Source of the DNA: an uncultured Gammaproteobacteria bacterium
Lineage (GTDB): Bacteria > Pseudomonadota > Gammaproteobacteria > Steroidobacterales > Steroidobacteraceae
Assembly: GCA_963701975.1 (NCBI GenBank)
Contig: OY969692.1
Span: 995,754-1,059,753, forward strand
DNA length: 64,000 nt
Reading direction: 5' to 3'
Shown: positions 9,818 to 18,946 of the stretch, piece after piece
How positions within the stretch are numbered: position 1 is the stretch's first letter
Layout of the letters: each line of letters begins with the position of its first letter
The notes under the pieces: model-generated
Told to the model about the DNA's origin: nothing
What the model saw: only the letters and a program-made list of their open reading frames with translations
Database searches by the model: none
Position numbers and translations under genes: made by a program

Positions 9818-11505
9818 GGGCTGAGCGCCGCCCGGCTCTGGGCCAGCTGGTCGCGCAGCTCACGCCGCAGGATCTTGCCGACGTTGGTCTTGGGCAGCTG
9901 GTCGCGGAAGTGGATCGCCACCGGGCGCTTGTACGCGGTCAGGTACTGGTGCGCGTAATCCTTCACCGCCTGCTCGGTCAGCGAGGCATCCTTGCGCACC
10001 ACGAACAGCGCCACCACCTCGCCGGAATGTTCATCCGACTGTGCCACCGCGGCCACTTCGAGCACGCCGGGACAGGCCGCGATCACGTCCTCGACCTCGT
10101 TCGGATACACCTTGAAGCCCGAGACGATGATCATGTCCTTCTTGCGATCCTCGATGTACACGAAGCCGCGCTCATCGAAGCGGCCGATGTCCCCGGTACG
10201 CAGCCAGCCTTCCGGCAACATGACCTTGTCGGTCTCTTCGGGCCGCTGCCAGTAGCCGCGCATCACCTGGGGACCGCGCAGACAGATCTCGCCGACGGCG
10301 CCGATCGGCAGCGGCCGGCCCTCATCATCGCGGATCGTGATCTCGGTGGACGGTACCGGCAGCCCGATCGAGCCGTCGAACTCCTGAGCGGGGGCCAGCT
10401 TGGTGACGCAGCCGACCGGGGACGATTCGGTCAATCCCCAGCCCTGGCTCAGGACGCATCCGGTCAGCTCCTTCCAGCGCGTCGCGACCGCCTTCTGCAG
10501 CGCCATGCCGCCGGCCAGCGTGACCACCAGATGCGAGAAATCGAGCTGCTCGAAACCCGGCGTGTGCATCAGCGCGTTGAACAGCGTGTTCACGCCCAGG
10601 AAGAACATCGGCGGATGCCGGCGCAGCTCCTTGACGAATCCAACGAAGTCGCGCGGGTTGGCGATCAGCAGGCCGGTGCCGCCGAGGGAGGCGAACAGCC
10701 AGCAGTTTCCCGTGAGCGAGAAGATGTGATAGAGCGGCAGCGCGCACACGAAGCTCACGCGATCGAGCGCCACCTGCTGGAACCAGGCGCGCGCCTGCAG
10801 GATGTTGGCCACGATATTGCCGTGGGTGAGCATCGCGCCCTTGGCGACGCCGGTGGTGCCGCCGGTGTACTGCAGGTAGGCAAGATCGTTGCGGTCCAGC
10901 GTGACCGGCAACAGCTGCAGGTCGCGCCCTTGAGCCAGCACCTGCCGAAAGCCATGCGCCTCGGGAATCAGCCAGGGCGGCACCTTTTTCTGGACATGGC
11001 GCAGCACGAAGTTGGTGATCATGCTCTTGGGCCAGTCGAGCAGGTCGCCGACACCGGTGACGATTACCTGGCGTACCCTGGTCTCCGGCAACGCCTGCTC
11101 GAGCGTGGCCGCGAAGTTCTCGAGCACGACCACCGCGACCGCTCCCGAATCCTTGAGCTGATGCTCGAGCTCGCTGGCGGTGTAGAGCGGATTGGTATTG
11201 ACCACCGTGAGCCCGGCGCGCAGCGCACCGAACATCGCAACCGGATACTGCAGCAGATTCGGCAGCATGATCGCGATGCGGTCCCCGCTCTTGAGCCCGG
11301 CGCGCAGCTGCAGCCAGGCACCGAATGCGCGCGAGCGCTCATCGAGCTCGCGGTAGGTCATCGCGGTGCCCATGCTGTGATAGGCAATCCGATCCGCATA
11401 ACGGCTGCACGCGTCCTCGATCAGCGACTTCAGCGATTCGATCTCGAACGGATCGATGTCGGCGGGGACTGCGGGCGGATACTGCGATAACCAGAACCTG
11501 TCCAT
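9814..11505 (-). CDS. fadD: Long-chain fatty acid-CoA ligase
   Basis: AMP-binding motif YTGGTTGVAKGAMLTHGN, plus GWLRTGDIG and PKTNVGKILRREL. 563 aa counted from the ATG at 11505 (MDRFWLSQYP). The listed 1147-aa ORF extension upstream is Arg/Ala-rich and antisense to tesA and ybbA, so it was rejected. Confidence 0.9.
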   Translation of the reverse strand: MDRFWLSQYPPAVPADIDPFEIESLKSLIEDACSRYADRIAYHSMGTAMTYRELDERSRAFGAWLQLRAGLKSGDRIAIMLPNLLQYPVAMFGALRAGLTVVNTNPLYTASELEHQLKDSGAVAVVVLENFAATLEQALPETRVRQVIVTGVGDLLDWPKSMITNFVLRHVQKKVPPWLIPEAHGFRQVLAQGRDLQLLPVTLDRNDLAYLQYTGGTTGVAKGAMLTHGNIVANILQARAWFQQVALDRVSFVCALPLYHIFSLTGNCWLFASLGGTGLLIANPRDFVGFVKELRRHPPMFFLGVNTLFNALMHTPGFEQLDFSHLVVTLAGGMALQKAVATRWKELTGCVLSQGWGLTESSPVGCVTKLAPAQEFDGSIGLPVPSTEITIRDDEGRPLPIGAVGEICLRGPQVMRGYWQRPEETDKVMLPEGWLRTGDIGRFDERGFVYIEDRKKDMIIVSGFKVYPNEVEDVIAACPGVLEVAAVAQSDEHSGEVVALFVVRKDASLTEQAVKDYAHQYLTAYKRPVAIHFRDQLPKTNVGKILRRELRDQLAQSRAALSP

Positions 11506-11524
11506 GCTCGCAATCCCCTCTAAT

Positions 11525-11560
11525 AGTTCTCTGTCTACTGCCAGTTCTCTATCTACTGCG
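11525..11560. repeat. Tandem 18-bp direct repeat (2 copies, 16/18 identical) just upstream of fadD
   Basis: Copy 1 is AGTTCTCTGTCTACTGCC (11525-11542). Copy 2 is AGTTCTCTATCTACTGCG (11543-11560). Together they lie 20-55 nt upstream of the fadD ATG and overlap the tesA stop codon. Confidence 0.8.
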
Positions 11561-12257
11561 TCCGCGGCGCGCCGGTCGGCCGCTCGCCCGCCCGTCCGGC
11601 GCCCGTCGATGGGGCGCCAGCCGGTGCCGTGGCCGCGCGCAGCAACGGCTCTAGTTTGGGCCAGACATTGTCCAGCAACAACGGCTGGCCGGCTTCGGTC
11701 GGATGCAGCCCGTCCGGCTGCATCAGCGCCGGGTTGAGCGCCACCTGATCGAGCAGGAACGGCACCAGGGCGAGCTTGTGCGCGGCCGCGAGCGCGCTGT
11801 ACATGTTCTGGAACCCGCTGGTATAGCGCTCGCCATAGTTCGGCGGCATGCGCATGCCCAGCAGCAGCACGGTCACGCCGCGCGCGCGCGCCAGCGAGAT
11901 CATCTTCTCGAGATTGTCGCGGGTGCCATCGAGCGGCAGGCCGCGCAGGCCGTCGTTGGCGCCGAGCTCGAGCACCAGAATGCGTGGCTGCTGCACGTCG
12001 AGCGCGTGCGGCAGCCGGGCCACGCCGCCCGCGGTGGTCTCGCCGCTGACGCTGGCGTTTATCACCCGGAATCCGTACCCTAACTGCGAGATCTTGCGTG
12101 CCAGCAAGCTCACCCAGCCCTGTTCGACATGGATGCCGTAGCCGGCGCTGAGGCTGTCGCCAAACACCAGGATGACCGGCAATGGCGGCTGCGCGTGCAG
12201 CGCCGGCGCCGCCGGCGCGAGCAGCAGTGCCAACAGGATAACCATGACGCGTGACAT
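11553..12257 (-). CDS. tesA: SGNH/GDSL arylesterase / acyl-CoA thioesterase I
   Basis: Signal peptide, then VILVFGDSLSAGYG (block I), LELGANDGLRG and QPDGLHPT. Start chosen at the ATG at 12257 (MSRVMVILL). Confidence 0.85.
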   Translation of the reverse strand: MSRVMVILLALLLAPAAPALHAQPPLPVILVFGDSLSAGYGIHVEQGWVSLLARKISQLGYGFRVINASVSGETTAGGVARLPHALDVQQPRILVLELGANDGLRGLPLDGTRDNLEKMISLARARGVTVLLLGMRMPPNYGERYTSGFQNMYSALAAAHKLALVPFLLDQVALNPALMQPDGLHPTEAGQPLLLDNVWPKLEPLLRAATAPAGAPSTGAGRAGERPTGAPRTQ

Positions 12258-12969
12258 CGTTCTTGAAGCCCGGAACCTGAGCAAGCAGGTTAGCAGCCCG
12301 GAAGGCCCGCTGACCATCGTGCGCGACGTCTCGTTCACCGTCACGCGCGGCGAGTCGGTCGCGCTCGTGGGCCCTTCCGGTGCCGGCAAGTCCACGTTGC
12401 TGGCGTTGCTCGCGGGCCTGGACCTGCCGACTTCCGGCGAGGTGCTGCTCGCGGGCGAGCGCCTCGGCGCGCTCGATGAAGACGGCCGCGCACGGCTGCG
12501 CGCCGAGCGGGTCGGCTTCGTATTCCAGTCGTTTCATCTGCTGCCGTCGCTGACCGCGCTCGAGAACGTGATGCTGCCGCTGGAACTGGCCGGACGCGCC
12601 GATGCTCGCCCGGTGGCCGGCAGGATGCTCGAGCGGGTCGGGCTGGCCGCGCGGCTGGGCCATTATCCGCGCCAGCTCTCGGGCGGTGAGCAGCAGCGCG
12701 TGGCGCTGGCGCGCGCCTCGGTCGGCACGCCGACGGTGCTGTTCGCCGACGAGCCGACCGGCAATCTTGACACCGCGACCGGCGAGCGCATCGCGCAGCT
12801 GCTGTTCGAGCTCAACCAAGGCTCGGAAACGACCCTGGTTCTGGTGACGCACGAAGCGGCGCTGGCGGCACGCTGTGCGCGCGTGCTGTCGATGGAGGCG
12901 GGCGCGCTGATTCGCGACGCCAGCGCCAGCGCCCATGCCAACGCTGGCGCTACGCTTCGCCATGCGTAG
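12244..12969 (+). CDS. ybbA: ABC transporter ATP-binding protein (YbbA/LolD-like)
   Basis: Walker A GPSGAGKST, signature LSGGEQQRVALARA, Walker B VLFADEPTGNLD. Divergent from tesA, as in E. coli tesA-ybbA-ybbP. Confidence 0.85.
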   Translation: MTRDIVLEARNLSKQVSSPEGPLTIVRDVSFTVTRGESVALVGPSGAGKSTLLALLAGLDLPTSGEVLLAGERLGALDEDGRARLRAERVGFVFQSFHLLPSLTALENVMLPLELAGRADARPVAGRMLERVGLAARLGHYPRQLSGGEQQRVALARASVGTPTVLFADEPTGNLDTATGERIAQLLFELNQGSETTLVLVTHEAALAARCARVLSMEAGALIRDASASAHANAGATLRHA

Positions 12970-15439
12970 CCTCAAGCTGGCGCTGCGCGCACTGCGCCGT
13001 GAATGGCGCTCCGGCGAGCTCGCGGTGCTGTGGCTGTCGCTGACCATCGCCGTGGCCGCGCTCAGCGGCGTTGGTTTTCTGGTCGATCGCATCGGTCGCG
13101 CGGTAGAGCTGCAGGCCAGCGAGGTGCTGGCCGCGGATCTGCGCGTGGAGTCCGATGAGCCGATCGGCCCGGACGAGGCGGCGCAGGCCACGCAGCTGGG
13201 ACTGACGACCGCGCGCCTGACCATGACGCTGTCGGCGATCTTCGACGGCGATGCCAACCAGCTCGCGAACGTGCGCGCGGTCAGTGCCGGCTATCCGCTG
13301 CGCGGTCACCTGAGCATCGCCGATCGACCGTTTGCGGCCGGCACCGTCACCGCCGCGATCCCGGCGAGCGGCGAAGCCTGGCCCGACTCGCGGCTGGCCG
13401 CGGCGCTCGGCGCGACGCTCGGCAGCGAGCTCAGCGTCGGCACACGCTCGCTGCGCGTCACGCGCATCCTGATCTCGCGCCCCGATCAGAGCTCGACCTT
13501 CGTCGAATTCGCCTCGGCACTGCTGATCAACGATGCCGACCTTGCGTCGACCCGACTGATCCAGCCGGGCAGCCGGATGCGCTACGTGCTGCTGCTCAGC
13601 GGCAGCAGCCCACAGCTGGATGCGTTTCGCCGCTGGCACCAGCTGCACGCACCGCGCCATGAGCGTGTCGAGGATGTCGCAGATGCCAGTCCGCAGATCG
13701 GCGACGCCAGTCAGCGTGCGGCGCGGTTCCTGGCGCTCGCGAGCCTGGTCGCGGTGCTGCTGTGCGCGGTGGCGATCGCGATGAGCGCACGCAGCTACGT
13801 GCGCCGTCACCTGGATGCGGTCGCGCTGATGAAAACCCTCGGCGCCTCGCGCCGCCTGGTGCTCGCGGTCAACCTGTGGCAACTGCTGCTGCTGGCGGCG
13901 GTGGCGAGCGCGCTGGGCGCGGCGGCCGGCTGGGTGACGCAGCTGTGGCTGGTGCGGGTGCTGCAGGGGCTGCTGCGCGCCGACCTGCCGCCGGCAGGCC
14001 CGTGGCCGGCCCTGGTTGGCTTCGTCATTGCGCTCGCGGTGCTCGCTGGCTTCGCGCTGCCGTCGCTGCTGCAGCTCACCCGGGTGCCGGCGCTGCGCGT
14101 GCTGCGACGCGACGCCGGGCCGCCGGCGCTGAGTTTCCTGGGCGCGGCAGCGCCGTTGCTGCTCGCGATCGCCGGCGTGGTCTACGGCGCGCTCGGCGAG
14201 CTTTGGTTGAGCCTGTGGTTCCTGCTGGGCCTCGCCGCGGCGGGGCTCGCACTCGGTGGCGCCGGCGCGCTGCTGGTGCGCGCCGCGGCGCGGGTACGCG
14301 GCTCTGCCGGGGTGGCCTGGCGCTACGGCATCGCGAATCTTGCCCGCCGGCGCGCCGAGAGCGTCACCCAGATCGTGGCGTTTGGGCTCGGCATCATGCT
14401 GCTGCTGGCGCTGGCGATCCTGCGCGATGACCTGGTCACCGACTGGCGCGCGAGCCTTCCGGCCGACGTGCCGAATTATTTCTTCGTCAACATTCCGACC
14501 GATCAGCGCGCCGACTTCGAGCGCGACCTGAGCGCGCAGGGGGCGCATCTCACGCGCATGCTGCCGATGATCCGCGGCCGCCTGGTCACGATCAACCAGC
14601 AGCCGCTGTCGTCGCTGCATTTCCCGGGGATGCGCGGCCGTAACTTCGCCGACCGCGAGCAGAACCTGACCTGGGCCAGCGAGCTCGGTGACGACAACCG
14701 CATCGTCGAGGGCCATTGGTGGACCGCGGCCGACCAGGGCAAGCCGCTGGTGTCGCTGGCGGTCGAGTACCAGCAGTCGCTGGGGCTGAAGCTAGGCGAT
14801 CGGCTGCAATTCGATGTCGGTGGCGAGCACTACGACGTCACGGTCGCGAGCTTCCGGCGCGTCAAATGGGACAGCTTCCGGCCGAATTTCTTCGTGATGT
14901 TCCCGCCCGGCCTGCTCGATGCGAGCGCCGGCACCTACATGACCAGCGCGTACCTGGAACCGACCAGCGGCGCGATGGCGCAGCTGGTGCATCGCTTCCC
15001 GGGGGTGTCGATCTTCAATGTCGGGGATCTGCTGGCGCAGATTCGCGCGGTGGTCAACAAGGCCGTCACCGCGGTGCAGACGGTATTCCTGTTCACACTG
15101 CTGGCCGGGCTCACGCTGTTGCTCGCCGCGGTGCAGGCGAGCCGCGAAGAGCGGCTGTACGAGACCGCGATCCTGCGCGTGCTCGGTGCGCGCCACACGA
15201 TGATCCTCGCGAGCGTGCTGGCCGAGTTCTCGCTGCTGGGTGCGGTGGCCGGCCTGCTCGCCGCGACCGGTGCCTCGCTCGGCGGCGCGTGGCTCGCGCA
15301 TGCCCTGGACCTGAAGTACCGTTTCAATGCCGGTCTGTGGATCGTGGGCGTGCTGGGCGCGGTGCTGGTGGTCGGCGTGGCCGGCTGGATCTCGACGCGC
15401 TCGGTGGTGCGGGTCGCGCCGCGAACGGTGCTGTACTGA
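12935..15439 (+). CDS. ybbP: ABC transporter permease with duplicated FtsX-like domains (YbbP-like)
   Basis: 834 aa with two clusters of hydrophobic helices. It follows and overlaps ybbA. An alternative start is the ATG at 12962. Confidence 0.85.
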   Translation: MPTLALRFAMRSLKLALRALRREWRSGELAVLWLSLTIAVAALSGVGFLVDRIGRAVELQASEVLAADLRVESDEPIGPDEAAQATQLGLTTARLTMTLSAIFDGDANQLANVRAVSAGYPLRGHLSIADRPFAAGTVTAAIPASGEAWPDSRLAAALGATLGSELSVGTRSLRVTRILISRPDQSSTFVEFASALLINDADLASTRLIQPGSRMRYVLLLSGSSPQLDAFRRWHQLHAPRHERVEDVADASPQIGDASQRAARFLALASLVAVLLCAVAIAMSARSYVRRHLDAVALMKTLGASRRLVLAVNLWQLLLLAAVASALGAAAGWVTQLWLVRVLQGLLRADLPPAGPWPALVGFVIALAVLAGFALPSLLQLTRVPALRVLRRDAGPPALSFLGAAAPLLLAIAGVVYGALGELWLSLWFLLGLAAAGLALGGAGALLVRAAARVRGSAGVAWRYGIANLARRRAESVTQIVAFGLGIMLLLALAILRDDLVTDWRASLPADVPNYFFVNIPTDQRADFERDLSAQGAHLTRMLPMIRGRLVTINQQPLSSLHFPGMRGRNFADREQNLTWASELGDDNRIVEGHWWTAADQGKPLVSLAVEYQQSLGLKLGDRLQFDVGGEHYDVTVASFRRVKWDSFRPNFFVMFPPGLLDASAGTYMTSAYLEPTSGAMAQLVHRFPGVSIFNVGDLLAQIRAVVNKAVTAVQTVFLFTLLAGLTLLLAAVQASREERLYETAILRVLGARHTMILASVLAEFSLLGAVAGLLAATGASLGGAWLAHALDLKYRFNAGLWIVGVLGAVLVVGVAGWISTRSVVRVAPRTVLY

Positions 15440-15782
15440 GGGTTCAGTCACCGTCGCTTCTCGCCGCATCGATCAGCGCCCGATGCCCTTCCTCGGGAGC
15501 GCACAGCGCAGCGCACACCTTGGCTTAACGAAGCCTTAACGAGCACGGATTCCTGCGTCATCGCATAGTCATCGGTAACAACGCAAAGAACATTCGTTGT
15601 TCAGGTTTGCAGGCACTCACCGTGCCCGCAAATGAAAGCAGGGCGTTATCAACAAGATACCTGCCCTTCGAGCCTTGCGGCGTAGGTCTGCGCGAAGCGG
15701 GGTTTTCTATTGCGCTTATGGGTGGCGGGAATCGAGGGCGGGTAAAACATTCCCGTCACCATCCACCAACTGAGAGCCCAAC

Positions 15783-16514
15783 ATGATGAACTCCAATCCG
15801 ACCAGCAAGATCGTAGTTGGCCTTGGCCTCGCCGTGGTCTTCGGCTTCGGGGTGTCGGTATTCGCCGTGCGTGCCAAGCACGAAGCCCAGGTCGCGCGCG
15901 ATGCCGCGGCTGCTGCGGTGGCTGCTCCGACCGATCAGAATGCGACCAGCGGCACAGCGCTACCTCAGAGCGCGGCCGCCCAAACGCCGACTGATCAGGC
16001 GGCGACTGCCTCGAGCGCGCCGCCGGCCGTTGCACCTGGTGTTGCCCCGACTCCAGTCGCTGCAACCGCTGCAGCTGCCAGCAACGTCGCGAAGGACGAC
16101 GCCGGCACCGGGACCAGCGACCAGTCCAAGCCGGGCAAGTCGAAGGCCTCTGACCGTGCCGATCGCCACGTCGCCAAGACGCGCAACAGCGGTGAGGCTC
16201 CCGGCACACGGGTCGCGTCCGCTGCCAATCAGGTGCCTGCACAGAGCGGGCAGGAAGTGGCGGTGAGTGACGCTGCGCCCGCGACCAGCAGTGGAGCGGC
16301 CGCGTCAGACAGTCAGATCACGGCCAACGTGAAGTCTGAGATTGCGACGGCCGCGCCCAACAGCAATGTGAACGTTACGACAACGAACGGCGTTGTCGCG
16401 CTGACCGGATCTGTACCGAGCCAGGATGCAGTCGATCAGGCCAGCCAAGCCGCCCAGCGAGTCGTCGGCGTCAAGCATGTCGATGCCTCCGCGCTGACGG
16501 TCAGCAATCAATAA
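15783..16514 (+). CDS. BON-domain membrane-anchored protein (OsmY-like)
   Basis: N-terminal TM helix (IVVGLGLAVVFGFGVSVFAV), a long Ala/Pro-rich linker, and a C-terminal BON-like segment ITANVKSEIA...VTTTNGVVALTGSVPSQDAVDQASQAAQRVVGVKHV. Confidence 0.75.
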   Translation: MMNSNPTSKIVVGLGLAVVFGFGVSVFAVRAKHEAQVARDAAAAAVAAPTDQNATSGTALPQSAAAQTPTDQAATASSAPPAVAPGVAPTPVAATAAAASNVAKDDAGTGTSDQSKPGKSKASDRADRHVAKTRNSGEAPGTRVASAANQVPAQSGQEVAVSDAAPATSSGAAASDSQITANVKSEIATAAPNSNVNVTTTNGVVALTGSVPSQDAVDQASQAAQRVVGVKHVDASALTVSNQ

Positions 16515-16531
16515 CTGCAGCTGTTCTGCTC

Positions 16532-16569
16532 AAGGACCGGTGTGGCGATCACATCGCTCATCGGTCCTT
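16532..16569. terminator. Nested hairpin between the convergent BON gene and the 704-aa gene
   Basis: Outer stem AAGGACCG...CGGTCCTT with an inner hairpin GCGAT-CAC-ATCGC. Only a short T-run (TTT) follows. Confidence 0.45.
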
Positions 16570-16636
16570 TGCTCGACGTGGCCGGCCAGGGCTCGCGGGT
16601 AGATCAGCGCCACTGAGGCTGAAGGCGCGACGGACT

Positions 16637-18751
16637 TCAGTCGGCCAGCGGATTCGGGCGTACCTGAAATTGCACCACCAGCGGCTTCGTCCCCTTGCCA
16701 TCTTCTTTGAGCCAGGGCGTGCGATCCCCGCTCGTGACCCAGATCCCGCGGCCTTTCCAGCCCGCGCTCGCATCATCAATGCGGCCCTCGAGGCCTTTGG
16801 CATAAAACCCGAGCGGATACGGAATGCGCAGCGTGACGAACCGATCATCGACCAGCGCGTGCAGGCCGTCGAACAGATTGCCGGTCGCGATCGGTACGTT
16901 GGCCCCCAGTCCCAGCGTGTCATGTTGGTCAACCCAGGTGTAGTAGCTCGACTCGACGCTCAGCTGCGGCACGTCGGCGAACGCCGGACCGGGCAGGCGA
17001 TAGAGACGCCAACCTTCCAGACAATGATCGCCGGTCGCTGCCGGCCCGTTCAGCGGGCCCTTGCACCGGCGGCGGTCGAACCGCCCAAGATGACCGCTGC
17101 CCAGCGACACCCATACCACCCCGTCGCGGTCGATATCTGCGCCGCGCACGCCGAATCCGGGAGCCGGCACGTTGTAGATCTCCGACAGCATGGTGTGCGG
17201 ATCGAAACGGATGATCGCACCGGGGTAACGGAACGCGACCGAGCCCCAGACGGATCCGTCGGCAGGACTCGGCATGACCGCGTAGAAACCTGCGGCCAGG
17301 CGAGTGTCCAGCTTGGGATCGCCGGGTTGACCGGGCTCGCTCCAGGGCCCGAGCTTGCCGTCACCGTTCGTGTCCAGGACCACGGGCGCCCAATGTTGAG
17401 CGCTCGCCGCATCGCCGGTCTGGTCGAACTGCTTGGTGTCGAACCACCCGATGACCTCACCGCCGCCGCTGGTCCAGAGCGTGTGATGTTCGTCATCGGC
17501 GAACTGCAGATGGTGCGTGCTGAAGCAGGTGTCGACGAAGGTGTACTTCCCACTCTTCGGCTCGTAGATCGCGAGCTGGCGCTCCGAGCGTTCGGTGGGA
17601 AACAGCCTGGCGGACGGATGATCCGATCCACTGCGGCAGATCGCAGGATTCGAAGGCCCCCGGATGCGCGCCGTGTACCAGACGCGCCCCCGATCATCGA
17701 GCATCGGATTATGCGCGATGACCTTGCTGTCCCAGATCCGCTCATCGCCCCAGTACGGCGAGGTAGCCACGATCGGATCATCGTGAGTCGTGGGCGTGTC
17801 GAGGTCGCGCACCGGTGCTTTGAACGTCGTCGCCACGTTACGTAGCGGATCCAGAATCGGCAACTGATCGGTGCTCAATTCGGGCGCGCCGTACAGCGGA
17901 CCATGGCCGTTGACGGTGGGATGGTTGCGGTTCGTGCCTGACAGATCGTGCAGATAGGTGTTGGGAGACCCCCAGTCGCGCACCGTAGCGACGATGTTGC
18001 GCTCGAGACCTTGCGGCCGCGCAGGCACCGCTGCCGGCAGCTCGCCAGCCGCGATGCGGTCGGTCCAGTCCGCGAGGTACTTGATCGGGATGCCCTGGAG
18101 TACGCCCATGGCGATGCTCACCATCTGCGAGCCTGCCTGGCCGGACTGGATGCGCCGCGCCCAGGCTTCCTCGGACGACTTGAATGTCCCCAGGGCCGGC
18201 TCGAGCGTGCGGGTGGCAAGATTGCCGAGTTGATGACAGCCGATGCAGCCCATGTTCTTGATCCACATCTGATAGGCGTTGAGTCCGCCGGGCAGGCGGG
18301 CCGTTTCCGCTTCGGTGGGCATTTTCATCATCGCGTACCAGTAGGCCGCGGGATAAACCTTGGCCGCGGTGGCCGCATCGCTCGCCACGAGCGCCGACAG
18401 GTTGACGCGATGGCCCGGCGCACTGGCGACCTTGGGTGAGTCGGCCAGTCCGTAGCCTCGCACCCAGAGGCTGTAATTCGCCCGCGGAAGGTCCGGCACC
18501 AGATACCGGCCCCGCTCGTCGGTGACCACAATGCGCGCAAACCGTGTTGGCAGGTCGTGCGTCTCCGCAATGACCCAGACCCCGGCTTCCGGCCCGTGGG
18601 CGCTGGTTACCACGCCGCCAATGTCATTGGCGTTGATCCTGAGCTCCTGCGGATTGGGTCGCGACCATGCCCCCGATGCGCTGAGCAGCAGCAGCGCAGC
18701 GCCCGCGGCGAGGCGGAATGCGCACAGGTTCGGCCGCTGCATCCGATCCAT
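16637..18751 (-). CDS. Secreted protein with a carboxypeptidase-regulatory-like N-domain, one heme-c motif (CXXCH) and a propeller-like C-terminal region
   Basis: Signal peptide. GVVTSAHGPEAGVWVIAE...TDERGRYLVPDLPRANYSLWVRGYG. One CIGCH motif in NMGCIGCHQLGN. 704 aa. Confidence 0.65.
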   Translation of the reverse strand: MDRMQRPNLCAFRLAAGAALLLLSASGAWSRPNPQELRINANDIGGVVTSAHGPEAGVWVIAETHDLPTRFARIVVTDERGRYLVPDLPRANYSLWVRGYGLADSPKVASAPGHRVNLSALVASDAATAAKVYPAAYWYAMMKMPTEAETARLPGGLNAYQMWIKNMGCIGCHQLGNLATRTLEPALGTFKSSEEAWARRIQSGQAGSQMVSIAMGVLQGIPIKYLADWTDRIAAGELPAAVPARPQGLERNIVATVRDWGSPNTYLHDLSGTNRNHPTVNGHGPLYGAPELSTDQLPILDPLRNVATTFKAPVRDLDTPTTHDDPIVATSPYWGDERIWDSKVIAHNPMLDDRGRVWYTARIRGPSNPAICRSGSDHPSARLFPTERSERQLAIYEPKSGKYTFVDTCFSTHHLQFADDEHHTLWTSGGGEVIGWFDTKQFDQTGDAASAQHWAPVVLDTNGDGKLGPWSEPGQPGDPKLDTRLAAGFYAVMPSPADGSVWGSVAFRYPGAIIRFDPHTMLSEIYNVPAPGFGVRGADIDRDGVVWVSLGSGHLGRFDRRRCKGPLNGPAATGDHCLEGWRLYRLPGPAFADVPQLSVESSYYTWVDQHDTLGLGANVPIATGNLFDGLHALVDDRFVTLRIPYPLGFYAKGLEGRIDDASAGWKGRGIWVTSGDRTPWLKEDGKGTKPLVVQFQVRPNPLAD

Positions 18752-18946
18752 GTTTCAACCTTGCGAGCACGCGATCGGCGAGCATAGCGTTCGAGTCGCT
18801 CCCGCGCCATCTACCCTGGAACTGGGGAGTGTCTCAAGTTGACCCACTCCGGCCGGTCGCGAACGGCAGCTGCCGGGGCGAGAATTTTGCGACCTATGGG
18901 CGCGTACCGTCCTGCCGAAGACGCGCGCTTTAACGGCCTGAAGCGA

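Noticed and set aside
11506-13257. N-terminal 584-codon extension of the fadD ORF (listed as 9814..13257)
   Set aside because: The extension is antisense to tesA, ybbA and ybbP and has no AMP-ligase similarity. The FadD homology begins at the ATG at 11505.
12950-14716. 588-aa minus-strand ORF inside ybbP
   Set aside because: Shadow ORF opposite a membrane-permease gene. Arg/Gln/Ala-rich, with no motifs.
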